A stretch of 64,000 nt of DNA from Syntrophorhabdaceae bacterium (GCA_963665295.1 OY762209.1:5376001-5440000); one strand, 5' to 3'. Positions 48,800 to 58,110 are shown, counted from the stretch's first letter. Program-made: numbers and translations. Notes: generated by a model not told the origin, from the sequence alone.

Positions 48800-49763
48800 C
48801 TGGATAGGCGACATGGTGATGGCGGTGCCTTTCCTCCGCTCCCTGAGGGCGTCCCTCAAAGGCGAGATATGGGGCATCGGCAAGGCCGGGGCCATGCATA
48901 TCTATAACGGCCTCGATCTCTTTGACCGGTTCACACCGTTTGACCGCAAAGGATTTCTTCCCTTTCTCGACACGGTGAATTCCCTGAGGGACACCCACTT
49001 CAACCTTGGCGTGGCGCTGCCCCACTCGTTTCGCGCCGCTCTGCTCCTATACAGCGCCCACGTGGAGGAGCGGATAGGCTATATGCGGAACAAACGGGGT
49101 TTCATGCTCACCCACGGTGTTCCGGAAGGACCCGCGCCCGAGCCGACGGTGGAGCATTACCTCAGGATAATAGATACCCTCGGAGGCTCACGGGTCCTCG
49201 ACGCGCCCGTTCTTGCAGTAACGCCCGACGAAGAAGACAGGTTCGACCGCAAGCACATAGATATCAGCGGGCCATACGCGGCTTTCATCGCGGGGGCACA
49301 GTACGGGCCTTCAAAACGCTGGCCCGACGAGCATTTCTCCCGCCTGGCGGATATGATCGTGAAAAACCTCGACCTGAATGTCTACATCCTGCCGGGAAAG
49401 GGCGAGGAGAAGCTCGCCAGGGTCATCCGGGAAGGGGCAAAGCAGAAGGACCGGATACAGGTGAAATCCCTCGACCTCAGGGACCTCAAGGTATGTCTGT
49501 CCCGGGCGTCGGTTGTGGTGAGCAACGACACGGGACCGAGGCATATCTCCTCCGCCCTCGACATACCCACGGTCGTGCTCCTGGGCCCCATGGACGAACG
49601 ATACACCAGGTATCCGAGTCCGCGCACGTGCCAGGCCATAAAAGACATTTCCTGCAGGCCGTGCAACAAGAAGAAATGCGACAGAGACCACGAATGTCTG
49701 AAGGGCATAACCCCGTCGGACGTCTTCGTGAAAGTGGAGAATATCCTCAATGACCGCAACTGA
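48768..49763 (+). CDS. waaF: LPS heptosyltransferase II
   Basis: LPNWIGDMVMAVP, LPHSFRAA, GAQYGPSKRWP, SNDTGPRH. Confidence 0.88.
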   Translation: MTGRTIVYLPNWIGDMVMAVPFLRSLRASLKGEIWGIGKAGAMHIYNGLDLFDRFTPFDRKGFLPFLDTVNSLRDTHFNLGVALPHSFRAALLLYSAHVEERIGYMRNKRGFMLTHGVPEGPAPEPTVEHYLRIIDTLGGSRVLDAPVLAVTPDEEDRFDRKHIDISGPYAAFIAGAQYGPSKRWPDEHFSRLADMIVKNLDLNVYILPGKGEEKLARVIREGAKQKDRIQVKSLDLRDLKVCLSRASVVVSNDTGPRHISSALDIPTVVLLGPMDERYTRYPSPRTCQAIKDISCRPCNKKKCDRDHECLKGITPSDVFVKVENILNDRN

Positions 49764-50745
49764 AGGACCGGATAAGACCGCATACCGGCTGCTCGACGGG
49801 TTCGCGGGGAAAAAGATCTGCGTGGTAGGCGATATTATTGCCGACATATATATCTTCGGCAAGCCCTACAGGCTTTCGCGGGAAGCGCCCGTGGTGGTGG
49901 TGAAACACGAGGAAGAGCGTATATACCCGGGGTCCGCGGGAAACACGATAAACAACCTCCTGGCCCTCGGCGCCCACGTGTTCCCCGTAGGGTTCATAGG
50001 CAACGATAACGCAGGCGACAGGCTTATGCAGTGTTTTTCCACATGCGGAAACCTGGATACGGAAGGGTTCATCCGCCACAATGGAGAAACGGTGACAAAG
50101 ACGCGGATACTCGCGGGAGACACCAATACGTCCAAACAACAGGTCATAAGGATCGACAAGGATTCCAACAGGCCGGTGACAAGAAAGGAACGGGCCCTCC
50201 TCATGGAAAGACTCGAGGACCTGGCGCCCAGAGTAGATGCGTTTATCGTGTCCGATTACGGCCATGGAGTGATTGACCGGAAGGTGGTCCGCTTCATGAG
50301 CGAGGTGGCCGGACGGAAGGTGGTGGTGGTAGGCGATTCAAGGTACAACCTGAAGAGCTTTAAGGGGTTCACCCTTATCACCCCCAACGAGTCGGAAGCC
50401 ATGAGCCTTGCCTCCCTTAACGACGGACACGACATCGAGGCAATAGGCGCGAAGATAATGGACCAGATGGCCGTGACCGCCCTCCTTATCACGAGGGGCA
50501 ACAGGGGCATGAGCCTTTTCCTGAGAGACGGCCGCATACACCACATACCCATTTCCGGATCGGATGACGTGACGGATGTGACCGGTGCGGGAGATACGGT
50601 ATGCGCTACCGTAACCCTCTGCCTTGCGAGCGGCGGTGATTTTTACGACGCGTCGCGGATCGCCAATTTCGCCGCGGGCATAGTAGTGATGAAACGGGGG
50701 ACGGCGACGGTAACCGTCGAGGAACTGAGAAAGGTGATCAGATAA
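49750..50745 (+). CDS. Heptose-7-phosphate kinase (RfaE domain I / HldA)
   Basis: RLSREAPV, TKTRI, SDYG.G, TPNESE, DVTGAGDT. Confidence 0.9.
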   Translation: MTATEGPDKTAYRLLDGFAGKKICVVGDIIADIYIFGKPYRLSREAPVVVVKHEEERIYPGSAGNTINNLLALGAHVFPVGFIGNDNAGDRLMQCFSTCGNLDTEGFIRHNGETVTKTRILAGDTNTSKQQVIRIDKDSNRPVTRKERALLMERLEDLAPRVDAFIVSDYGHGVIDRKVVRFMSEVAGRKVVVVGDSRYNLKSFKGFTLITPNESEAMSLASLNDGHDIEAIGAKIMDQMAVTALLITRGNRGMSLFLRDGRIHHIPISGSDDVTDVTGAGDTVCATVTLCLASGGDFYDASRIANFAAGIVVMKRGTATVTVEELRKVIR

Positions 50746-51227
50746 TGGGAACAATCGTCGCGGACATAGAGAAGCTTAAGGAAATCATCGAGAAGAAGCG
50801 GAAGGAAGGAAAACGGATCGTCTTTGGAAACGGCTGTTTCGATATCCTCCACGTAGGACATGTACGATACCTCCAGGGGGCAAAGGCCCTGGGTGATCTC
50901 CTCGTGGTTGGAGTAAACGATGATTCCTCCGTGACCGGTCTCGGCAAAAGGAAGAAGGTGGTGACACCCGCCGCCGAAAGGGCGGAAATCATCTCCGCCA
51001 TCGATTGCGTCGATTATGTAACGGTTTTCGCCGATCCTACCGTAGAAAGGCTCCTCCTCACCCTGAAGCCCGACATACATGCCAAGGGCACGGATTACAC
51101 CGTGGATAACGTGCCGGAAAAGGACATTGTCCTCTCTTACGGGGGAAGAGTGGCCATAGTGGGCGACCCCAAGGACCACTCCACACGGGACATCATAAAA
51201 GTAATCAAAGGCATCGACACAAAATAG
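50745..51227 (+). CDS. Heptose-1-phosphate adenylyltransferase (RfaE domain II / HldC)
   Basis: NGCFDILHVGHVRYL, KGTDY, HST. Confidence 0.9.
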   Translation: MGTIVADIEKLKEIIEKKRKEGKRIVFGNGCFDILHVGHVRYLQGAKALGDLLVVGVNDDSSVTGLGKRKKVVTPAAERAEIISAIDCVDYVTVFADPTVERLLLTLKPDIHAKGTDYTVDNVPEKDIVLSYGGRVAIVGDPKDHSTRDIIKVIKGIDTK

Positions 51228-51233
51228 CCCGTA

Positions 51234-52313
51234 TCAGAAGGCGAATCCGTCTTCCCTGAACAACGAAAGGCACGCATCCACCGCTTGGGGATCGTAGAGG
51301 ACGCCTTTGTTCTCCTCAATCTCCTGGAGAGCAACATCTATGCCGAAAGCGGGACGGTAGGGGCGGTGCGACGCAATGGCCTCCACCACATCGGCCACGG
51401 CGATGACCTTTGCCTCGAGGAGGATGTCATCTTCCCGGAGCCCCATGGGGTAACCTGTGCCGTCCAGCCGCTCGTGATGCTGGAGGACTGCTTCCGCGAT
51501 GGGATAAGGCAGTTCCGCCTTGTTCAATATGTCATATCCCGACTGGGGGTGGACCTCGATGAGGGCCATCTCGATATCCATGAGGGCTGAAGGCTTCGTC
51601 AATATCTCAGTAGGCACGGACATCTTCCCGATATCATGGATCGTGCCCGCCATGCGGATATTTTCAACAGTATCCTTCGGTAACTTCATTTTCTGACCTA
51701 TGGACCGCGCAAGGCTCGATACCCTCTTCTGATGGCCCGCCGTGTAGGCGTCCCTCGTTCCCATGGTGAGGGCTATGAGGTTGATGGTGTTGATGAAGCT
51801 CCTTCTCAGCTTCTTCACGGTGGCCCTGAGTTCTTTTTCGTTCCGGGTGCTCTTGGTGATATCCCTCGCAATGGCGCAAATGCCCACCACGGCCCTTGCC
51901 GTATTCAGGATGGGGGAAACCGAGAGGGACAGGCGGACGAGGACGCCGTCCTTTCTTTTCCCCGTGGTGACGAAGTGTTCGCGGTGGTGGCCCGCTACTA
52001 TCTCCTTGACGACCTTGAGGGCCTCGGCCCTGTTGCCGGCAGGCAAAAGGGTGGATATGTTGCCCCCCGCCATCTCGTCGGAGGTATACCCGTAGATTCT
52101 TTCCGCTCCCTTGTTCCAGCTTATGACAGTCCCGTTTGTGGTGGTGCTGAAGATCGCGTCATCGGAGAATTTGATGATGTTGGTCAACAGGGAATCCCGC
52201 TGAAGGAGGCTCTGTTTTTGGAGGAGCTGTTCCTCCAACCGGACAATCCTCTCCTGTTGGCGTTTGATTGCCTGGAGTAACTCCCCTTTCGTCGCCTTAG
52301 AATTATACTCCAC
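51234..52313 (-). CDS. PAS + HD-GYP phosphodiesterase
   Basis: SWNKGAERIYGY PAS; RDAYTAGH, IHDIGK, HHERLDGTGYP. Confidence 0.9.
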   Translation of the reverse strand: MEYNSKATKGELLQAIKRQQERIVRLEEQLLQKQSLLQRDSLLTNIIKFSDDAIFSTTTNGTVISWNKGAERIYGYTSDEMAGGNISTLLPAGNRAEALKVVKEIVAGHHREHFVTTGKRKDGVLVRLSLSVSPILNTARAVVGICAIARDITKSTRNEKELRATVKKLRRSFINTINLIALTMGTRDAYTAGHQKRVSSLARSIGQKMKLPKDTVENIRMAGTIHDIGKMSVPTEILTKPSALMDIEMALIEVHPQSGYDILNKAELPYPIAEAVLQHHERLDGTGYPMGLREDDILLEAKVIAVADVVEAIASHRPYRPAFGIDVALQEIEENKGVLYDPQAVDACLSLFREDGFAF

Positions 52314-52699
52314 TCAATCAACCTGGTTTTTTTGTGCAACTATTCTCAATTATAGCCCCGGTCCCATGAATTGCAACAAGGAATCACCCCTCATGCCCTT
52401 TTTTTCACTTTTTGCACTGTCCCTTTTTCCTTACTCATTCACTTGAACGGACTCCGGCAGGAAACGCCGGGCGGAATAACTGGAAGATAAGGAAGTTGCA
52501 TAGGGGTTGGGGGTTAAAGATTTGCGCGGGATGAGGTGGGATTAAGCGGGATATTCCGGGATGTTACGATATAAACGGGGATGATAGAAATGCAATTATA
52601 CAGCGAGGTTGAGTTTTAGATTTTGGCGCAAGAAATTGCATTTGAGTGATAGAAAGACGAACAGCAAAATCACCATGGAATTGCACTTTTCCGTTAAAC

Positions 52700-52835
52700 T
52701 TGTATATCTGGAAGTTTAAGATTATAATGGAAGAAGACCCGCTCCTTCCATGGCCCTATTGATTTTGCCCCTATCTTAAATAGTGCGTAATATGGCAAAC
52801 AAGAGGTTGCAAAGTCAATCAATATCCGCTATCAT
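52700..52835 (+). promoter_or_regulatory. Two sigma70-like promoters upstream of the HEPN gene
   Basis: TTGTAT(52700)-N17-TATAAT(52723) and TTGCAA(52807)-N17-TATCAT(52830). Confidence 0.55.
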
Positions 52836-52845
52836 GTGAAAAATT

Positions 52846-53757
52846 GTGAGTGATCAAATGGAACCAGTATGGGAACGCTATTGGCATCAGTTTCTAAATT
52901 TTGAGTTGGTGCTCAACCAGACTAAGCTTTGGTTTGCCATTGAAAAGGAACTGGCCAAGGATTTTCCGAAGCATATACCGCAGGCGCTTCTAACGAAGCT
53001 TGATCTTACTTTTGACATTCTTTCAAATGCAATAGAAGTCTATCGTAAGTCCCCTCTCTCTCCAGAGGGAAAGACCTTTCGGAAAGAGGGGATTAAACTT
53101 CCCACCGGACCGAATATCTTTATGGAATACATAAGTTGTAAGGGTGCAGCACTGAAATTAGATGATATCGATAAGAGCACGAATTTTGAAATGCTGATCT
53201 TTCAGAGAAACATCATCACGGCGTTTGCCCATGTCGATGCTTTTCTCTCGGATTCGGTACGAGCCGCGTGTGAAGCACGTCCAGAAATAATGAAGAGTAG
53301 CAAAAAAATCGAATGGGAAACAGTACTATCTTGCGGTCAATGGAACACCTTAATGCATTTCTTGATCGAGGAATATGCCAACAAGTTTAGCTGGAGGACA
53401 CTTACAGAAAGGGTCGCCTACCTAAGAGAACAATTGGGTCTTGATATGGGAATTCCGGAATGGGCTCTCTCATACTTGGACGAGGCAGAGAACGTGCGGC
53501 ACATCATGGTTCATAATGGCGGAAATGTAAGCCAGACGTATTTAGAACGCACAGGGCGAACCGATTTGGCGATAGGTCAACCTTACCCCATAACGACCTC
53601 GTATTTGGGCAGAAGAATCGAATTAATTCATCATCTGGGGGCTGCAGCATATAGAGCCGTGGCGGCGAAGTTCTTCAATAAGACAGATGAAGAATGCCCG
53701 AAAACTAAGGAATTTGGTGAACTTCCAGAACAGGACCCTTCGTTGAAGAAAGTGTAG
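52846..53757 (+). CDS. HEPN-domain protein (putative RNase)
   Basis: Helical-looking protein with Rx4H motif RHIMVH followed by NGGNVSQTYL. Confidence 0.7.
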   Translation: MSDQMEPVWERYWHQFLNFELVLNQTKLWFAIEKELAKDFPKHIPQALLTKLDLTFDILSNAIEVYRKSPLSPEGKTFRKEGIKLPTGPNIFMEYISCKGAALKLDDIDKSTNFEMLIFQRNIITAFAHVDAFLSDSVRAACEARPEIMKSSKKIEWETVLSCGQWNTLMHFLIEEYANKFSWRTLTERVAYLREQLGLDMGIPEWALSYLDEAENVRHIMVHNGGNVSQTYLERTGRTDLAIGQPYPITTSYLGRRIELIHHLGAAAYRAVAAKFFNKTDEECPKTKEFGELPEQDPSLKKV

Positions 53758-53855
53758 AAGTTGCCACGAAGTAATTGGAACCTATGTTCTATTAGCAGCA
53801 TAGTGCTGCACCTGGAACGACTTCATAAACGTTCCGGCGCAAAAAAACAAACCCT

Positions 53856-54869
53856 TCACAACTTTTCCAAAGGTTTTGCCAACAGCTCGATAATAGACCT
53901 AGATCCTTGAATTTGGCTTCCATCATTTCCTGCATATCCGGTTGTTTGAGGAGAATAAATACAAGCGGCCGCATGAATAAGTACGGCATCTTGGTTCATC
54001 TTATCGGCGGCTTCTACGATCGCCTTATATGTCATTAGTGCATTCTGTCGATGGCGATTGACGATTGAGTTATGCTTGTGTGACAAAAAGTTTTTCGCAC
54101 ACAAGTATAGCATGAAGGCCAAGACAGAAAATATCATTACTTTGCTTGCTGTCAATTGCACTGTTTGATAGACATTTTCAGGTGATATCCAAGGTATCTT
54201 ATGAATAAGAATGCTCAAAGCGGCATAAATGCCGACGGCCCATGCCATATTCCTCGTCCACTTGCGCCACTTCTCTGATTCAACGTCGTGTTGGTCCGCC
54301 TCTTGTTTAAAGTATATAGCTTGTTGAGTAACCCCCTGTTCGGCAGCTACCGTTCTAATCTCTTCAAGAACCTTAATTGCAGACTCTTTGGATACTTCTA
54401 AATCAGCCTTCAGTCCATCAGATTCATCCTTGATTCTTTGCAAAGTAGCCCGCGCTTCGCCTTCAAGCCGTTCGAAATCTGTCGTTTTTGCCACAGAATA
54501 TGAAATGAAAGGATGCAGGGCATTGAAAACTGACTGATACAGGTTAGTTGTGGTGGTAATTAGAGATTGGTATTGTTGGGAACTGTCTTGTGAGAGCGGA
54601 TTAAATGTAAGAATTTGGCCAAAATGATTGAAGACGGAATCCGCCTGATTCCTGACTGCGAGTAGCTGCGACGATGGCAAATCTTCAAGAACTGAAATGG
54701 GGAGCCTTCTAAATAACGCCGAGAGGCGACGAGCAGGCTCCAACACCGCGGAAAAAGTGAAACTTTGACCCAATCGGTCTTCTTGGGGTAATGTAGAAAT
54801 GTCAAACTCTCGAATTCTTTCGAGCGACTGAATGGTCGCCATTCTGAGTTGTGTTTCCTCGGCTGTCAT
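53856..54869 (-). CDS. Hypothetical coiled-coil protein with two C-terminal TM helices
   Basis: GGAGG RBS; coiled coil about aa 130-200; TMs AWAVGIYAALSILIH and VMIFSVLAFMLYLCA. Confidence 0.75.
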   Translation of the reverse strand: MTAEETQLRMATIQSLERIREFDISTLPQEDRLGQSFTFSAVLEPARRLSALFRRLPISVLEDLPSSQLLAVRNQADSVFNHFGQILTFNPLSQDSSQQYQSLITTTTNLYQSVFNALHPFISYSVAKTTDFERLEGEARATLQRIKDESDGLKADLEVSKESAIKVLEEIRTVAAEQGVTQQAIYFKQEADQHDVESEKWRKWTRNMAWAVGIYAALSILIHKIPWISPENVYQTVQLTASKVMIFSVLAFMLYLCAKNFLSHKHNSIVNRHRQNALMTYKAIVEAADKMNQDAVLIHAAACIYSPQTTGYAGNDGSQIQGSRSIIELLAKPLEKL

Positions 54870-55060
54870 AGAACCTCCCTATCTAGTTTTCTAAGGTTGC
54901 ATCGCTTCGAAGTCTGTTCCACGAAAACCCCCCTCGATTCATATAATCCTCCGTATTTATCAACGCAGCCATTTAAATGACCGCCCTCTATAGGGTTCCC
55001 TTCGTCGATATGACACGCAGGGCGAAATGCCTCTCTAACGTGAAGTACGCCCGCCGTCAT
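54866..55060 (-). CDS. Small hypothetical protein (uncertain)
   Basis: ATGA overlaps with both neighbouring genes; no recognisable motif. Confidence 0.3.
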   Translation of the reverse strand: MTAGVLHVREAFRPACHIDEGNPIEGGHLNGCVDKYGGLYESRGVFVEQTSKRCNLRKLDREVL

Positions 55061-55683
55061 GAATTATTATCCCTCTTTTCAATTGCTTCCCGGATGCCTT
55101 CAGGCAAAGTTGAATATAACGCTTCGATTTCCTTTGGTTTAGTGATGCGATCATCCACGATAAGGTTTATTAGCCTAAATAATGTCTGTGCAATCTCAGG
55201 GGTATCACTAAGGTCCATTTCCCCCGGGTGCACGGCGTTATTTCCCACCACGCGGCAAATGTCCAGTGACTTCTGTATCATCAAAGGGAGACCCGCTTTC
55301 ACCAGCTCTCCTATATCATTATTTATGTTCTTCCCCTTTTGACCGAGATGGGGCATGAGTTTTTGAATACATAGCCTCAACAGAGCCGCCGCCCCGCGTG
55401 GAGATAGGTTTATAATCTCACGTGCTTCGAAATAGTCAATTTTGCATTCTTCAGGCATATCAGGATTAGGGAGTTCCACTGAGCCTGAAGATGGTATAAT
55501 CAGCTTCTGGCCGTACCAGTATGCGACCTTAGCGCAGTGGACGCACCGAGATATATAGATCGGAACCAGGATAGGCGCACCCTGCAAAATATGGCGGCAC
55601 TGTGACCACTCCTGCATTGCATAGACCCCGCACAAAGGGCAGTGAAATTGCGTTGCCTGAAATATGGGTGGGTAGTATTCCAT
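55057..55683 (-). CDS. DUF4145 (HEPN-like) protein with N-terminal Zn ribbon
   Basis: [35 protein letters not shown]...[15 protein letters not shown]. Confidence 0.85.
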   Translation of the reverse strand: MEYYPPIFQATQFHCPLCGVYAMQEWSQCRHILQGAPILVPIYISRCVHCAKVAYWYGQKLIIPSSGSVELPNPDMPEECKIDYFEAREIINLSPRGAAALLRLCIQKLMPHLGQKGKNINNDIGELVKAGLPLMIQKSLDICRVVGNNAVHPGEMDLSDTPEIAQTLFRLINLIVDDRITKPKEIEALYSTLPEGIREAIEKRDNNS

Positions 55684-55708
55684 AGTCTACACCTCTTTGT
55701 CCCGAAGC

Positions 55709-56158
55709 TTATTTGCTCTGGGCGGGATGCTGCGCGGGATTTTGTGGGGCGGGAAGTTTGACGCCCGGCGACGCTCCCTGAGACACGCCTGGGCACACGG
55801 TATCTTTCTGAAGGATATACCCGGGCTGGATAGTAGAATCCATCAGCTTTTGAGGCTCTATGTACCATCTATTCGTATCCAGCCGCGTGAGGCGAAAAGA
55901 CGTCCCGCTTCCCGCCTCACCGGTATCAAACCGGTAGTACAAATACACATAATACGAGTTGGGAACAGACGGGTCCTTGGTCTTGCCTGCGTATACCCAT
56001 CCCGTTGAAGAAGTACCCATGGAGCATGTGCCCCAGGCGACTATAAGGTCCTCCGGGGGAAACTTGCTGCTTATGTAATCGTCGGCGTGGGCAACGGTGC
56101 CCCCGACTGTCAACATCAATGCAATAGCAATAATACCGGTAATAAATGATTTCTTCAT
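55709..56158 (-). CDS. Secreted/periplasmic hypothetical protein
   Basis: MKKSFITGIIAIALMLTVGGTVAHA signal peptide; AAGGGGG RBS. Confidence 0.7.
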   Translation of the reverse strand: MKKSFITGIIAIALMLTVGGTVAHADDYISSKFPPEDLIVAWGTCSMGTSSTGWVYAGKTKDPSVPNSYYVYLYYRFDTGEAGSGTSFRLTRLDTNRWYIEPQKLMDSTIQPGYILQKDTVCPGVSQGASPGVKLPAPQNPAQHPAQSK

Positions 56159-56342
56159 GATATCCCCCTTCATTCCTTGTGCTCCGAAAGCATGAATGCG
56201 CTCATAGGCCAACTATAGAACAACTCATAACCAGCGGTAATGAGGGTAAAATCCCTTGGATATGCGAGCGATTGAATGTACATCCACCGCTCGTTCGTGT
56301 AGATCGTGACGCAGTCATCCTGTGTTGAATTACCCCCTTCTA

Positions 56343-56921
56343 TTATTTCCCATCTTCCCCGCCCGCTTGTTTCTTCGCCCCTTTCGCTTCCTGTGTTTTA
56401 AAGTCGTCTTCGCGGGGTTCAAGGAGTCGCCTCCTGATGGCATCCATATCCGCTTCGAGCTGGGCAACTTTCCGCTTCAGCGCGTCAACCTCTTCTTTAT
56501 ATCGGACCCTCCCTTGAAACGCATAAACGTTTTGCAGTAGAGCAAGTTTCGCATCATCGTCCGTGCTCGTCAGGACCTCGGCGGCCGCATCGAGCGCCGG
56601 CTGAAGGTCCTGAATATCCTTCCCGTGAGAAATTGGGGGCATTTGAATACCGGCGTCATAGAATACCCCGCCGTCCCTTATTCCAGAGGGCTGATTGAGT
56701 TTTATCTCCGGTGCTTTCCTCAGTTCCATCGAGCCTTCGCCAGTCATTATCCAATTGAGATTAAACCCGAGCGCTGCGAGAGATTCAAGGACCTCAAATC
56801 CAGGCTTATGTATCCCCCGCTCATATCCTTGCCACCCTTTAGGCGAGATGCGCAGGAGGTGCGCCATCGCCTCTTGGCTCTTTCCTAAGGATAATCTTAT
56901 GCCCTTCAGACGCTCATTCAT
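56343..56921 (-). CDS. Prophage repressor, XRE-family HTH with C-terminal coiled coil
   Basis: ERLKGIRLSLGKSQEAMAHLL..WQGYERG..P..LNWIMTGEG; divergent from the early operon. Confidence 0.85.
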   Translation of the reverse strand: MNERLKGIRLSLGKSQEAMAHLLRISPKGWQGYERGIHKPGFEVLESLAALGFNLNWIMTGEGSMELRKAPEIKLNQPSGIRDGGVFYDAGIQMPPISHGKDIQDLQPALDAAAEVLTSTDDDAKLALLQNVYAFQGRVRYKEEVDALKRKVAQLEADMDAIRRRLLEPREDDFKTQEAKGAKKQAGGEDGK

Positions 56922-56933
56922 GGATACTATTTT

Positions 56934-57068
56934 GCGTCAGTACTTTTAACCAAAGTACTGACCTGAGTTCTGACCGAATCAGAAAGTTCTGACGCGGATA
57001 AAATCCGCAATTATTTACGATACTTGGCAATATACCTATTAACTTAGCCAAAACAAGAGTACTGACGC
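56934..57068. promoter_or_regulatory. Five-copy RAGTWCTGAC operator/enhancer array
   Basis: 56934-46 (inverted), 56952-63, 56965-75, 56983-95, 57057-68. Confidence 0.75.
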
Positions 57069-57080
57069 CTATTATTTTAC

Positions 57081-57110
57081 TTGACAGGGATAGTTTAATA
57101 GGTCTAAACT
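57081..57110 (+). promoter_or_regulatory. Early promoter TTGACA-N18-TAAACT with AGTTTA-N7-TAAACT palindrome
   Basis: -35 at 57081-86, -10 at 57105-10, palindrome 57092-57110; ATG follows after 8 nt. Confidence 0.65.
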
Positions 57111-57118
57111 CTCTCATT

Positions 57119-57343
57119 ATGGATATCAAGTTAACCCCACCGGCAAAAATAAAAGGCCTTATGAGCGACCGCAAAACTTCGGCGGCGGCTATCGCCCGAG
57201 AACTCAACGTCTCGCGTGTTTTTGTCCATCTCACCATCGTGGGCAAGAAAAAGGGAACCCGTGTCCGGGAGATTCTTTCCGCGAGACTTGACCTCCCCTC
57301 GGACTTCTGGTCGGAGATGGATCGATGGAGGAAAGCTGCATGA
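57119..57343 (+). CDS. Ner/Cro-like HTH regulator
   Basis: IKGLMSDRKTSAAAIARELNVSRVFVHLTIVG; positional equivalent of Mu ner. Confidence 0.75.
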   Translation: MDIKLTPPAKIKGLMSDRKTSAAAIARELNVSRVFVHLTIVGKKKGTRVREILSARLDLPSDFWSEMDRWRKAA

Positions 57344-57418
57344 AATTGTCTGCCGGTCATCAATCGGATTTGTGCACTCATTATGAAAACAGTCTACACG
57401 GAAAGGAGAATACCGTCA

Positions 57419-57904
57419 ATGTCAAAACGAAAGCTGATAATTGACAAAAACCAGATGGGGCTATTCGAGTATCTCAAGCCCCAGGCCCCTCCCGCCCCGG
57501 GCAGCGTAAACGTCAGCCTCCGCATCCGTCAGGCGGTGTCACAGGCTATTAAGCGGTCGGGGAGAGACCGCATAGACATATGCGCGGAACTCTACAAGCT
57601 CACCGGCACGGAAGTATCAAAGGCCAGTCTCGACAAGTGGTCTGCCGAGTCAGGGGACATATCATCCGACCACATCGACAACAATGGAAATAAAAGGTGG
57701 GGAATCCCGGGAGAGATCGTCCCGGCATTCTGTCTCGTAACAAACGATTATGAGGTGCTCTACATAATCACGGAAGCAGGAAACCACAAGGCCCTGAGAG
57801 GAAAGGACGTGGTCCGCGCCAGAGCGGGTCTCCTCAAAGAAGAGATTACGAAGAAGCAACACGAACTCAAGGAGCTAGAAAAAGCATTATTGGAGGGAAA
57901 ATGA
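57419..57904 (+). CDS. Phage hypothetical protein (probable DNA-binding regulator)
   Basis: AAGGAG RBS; AIKRSGRDRIDICAEL..VSKASLDKWSAES; C-terminal coiled coil. Confidence 0.7.
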   Translation: MSKRKLIIDKNQMGLFEYLKPQAPPAPGSVNVSLRIRQAVSQAIKRSGRDRIDICAELYKLTGTEVSKASLDKWSAESGDISSDHIDNNGNKRWGIPGEIVPAFCLVTNDYEVLYIITEAGNHKALRGKDVVRARAGLLKEEITKKQHELKELEKALLEGK

Positions 57905-58110
57905 ACCGGGAACTAGAGATTCTTGCAGACCGATGGGAAAAAAGAGCGCGCCGGAAATGGCGCGATGCTGAGCGGGAGCAAAACCCGATGGGAAAACGGC
58001 TGATTGAACACGGGGCCACCTGTTATCAAAATTGTGCCCGCGAACTTAGGGAAGCCCTAAAGTCTGTTTCGCCTCAGTCTTTAACCATTGAAGAAGGAGA
58101 TCAAAAGTGA
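57901..58110 (+). CDS. Phage hypothetical protein
   Basis: ATGA coupling and GGAGGG RBS; 3' end overlaps the antisense DUF2513 gene. Confidence 0.55.
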   Translation: MNRELEILADRWEKRARRKWRDAEREQNPMGKRLIEHGATCYQNCARELREALKSVSPQSLTIEEGDQK

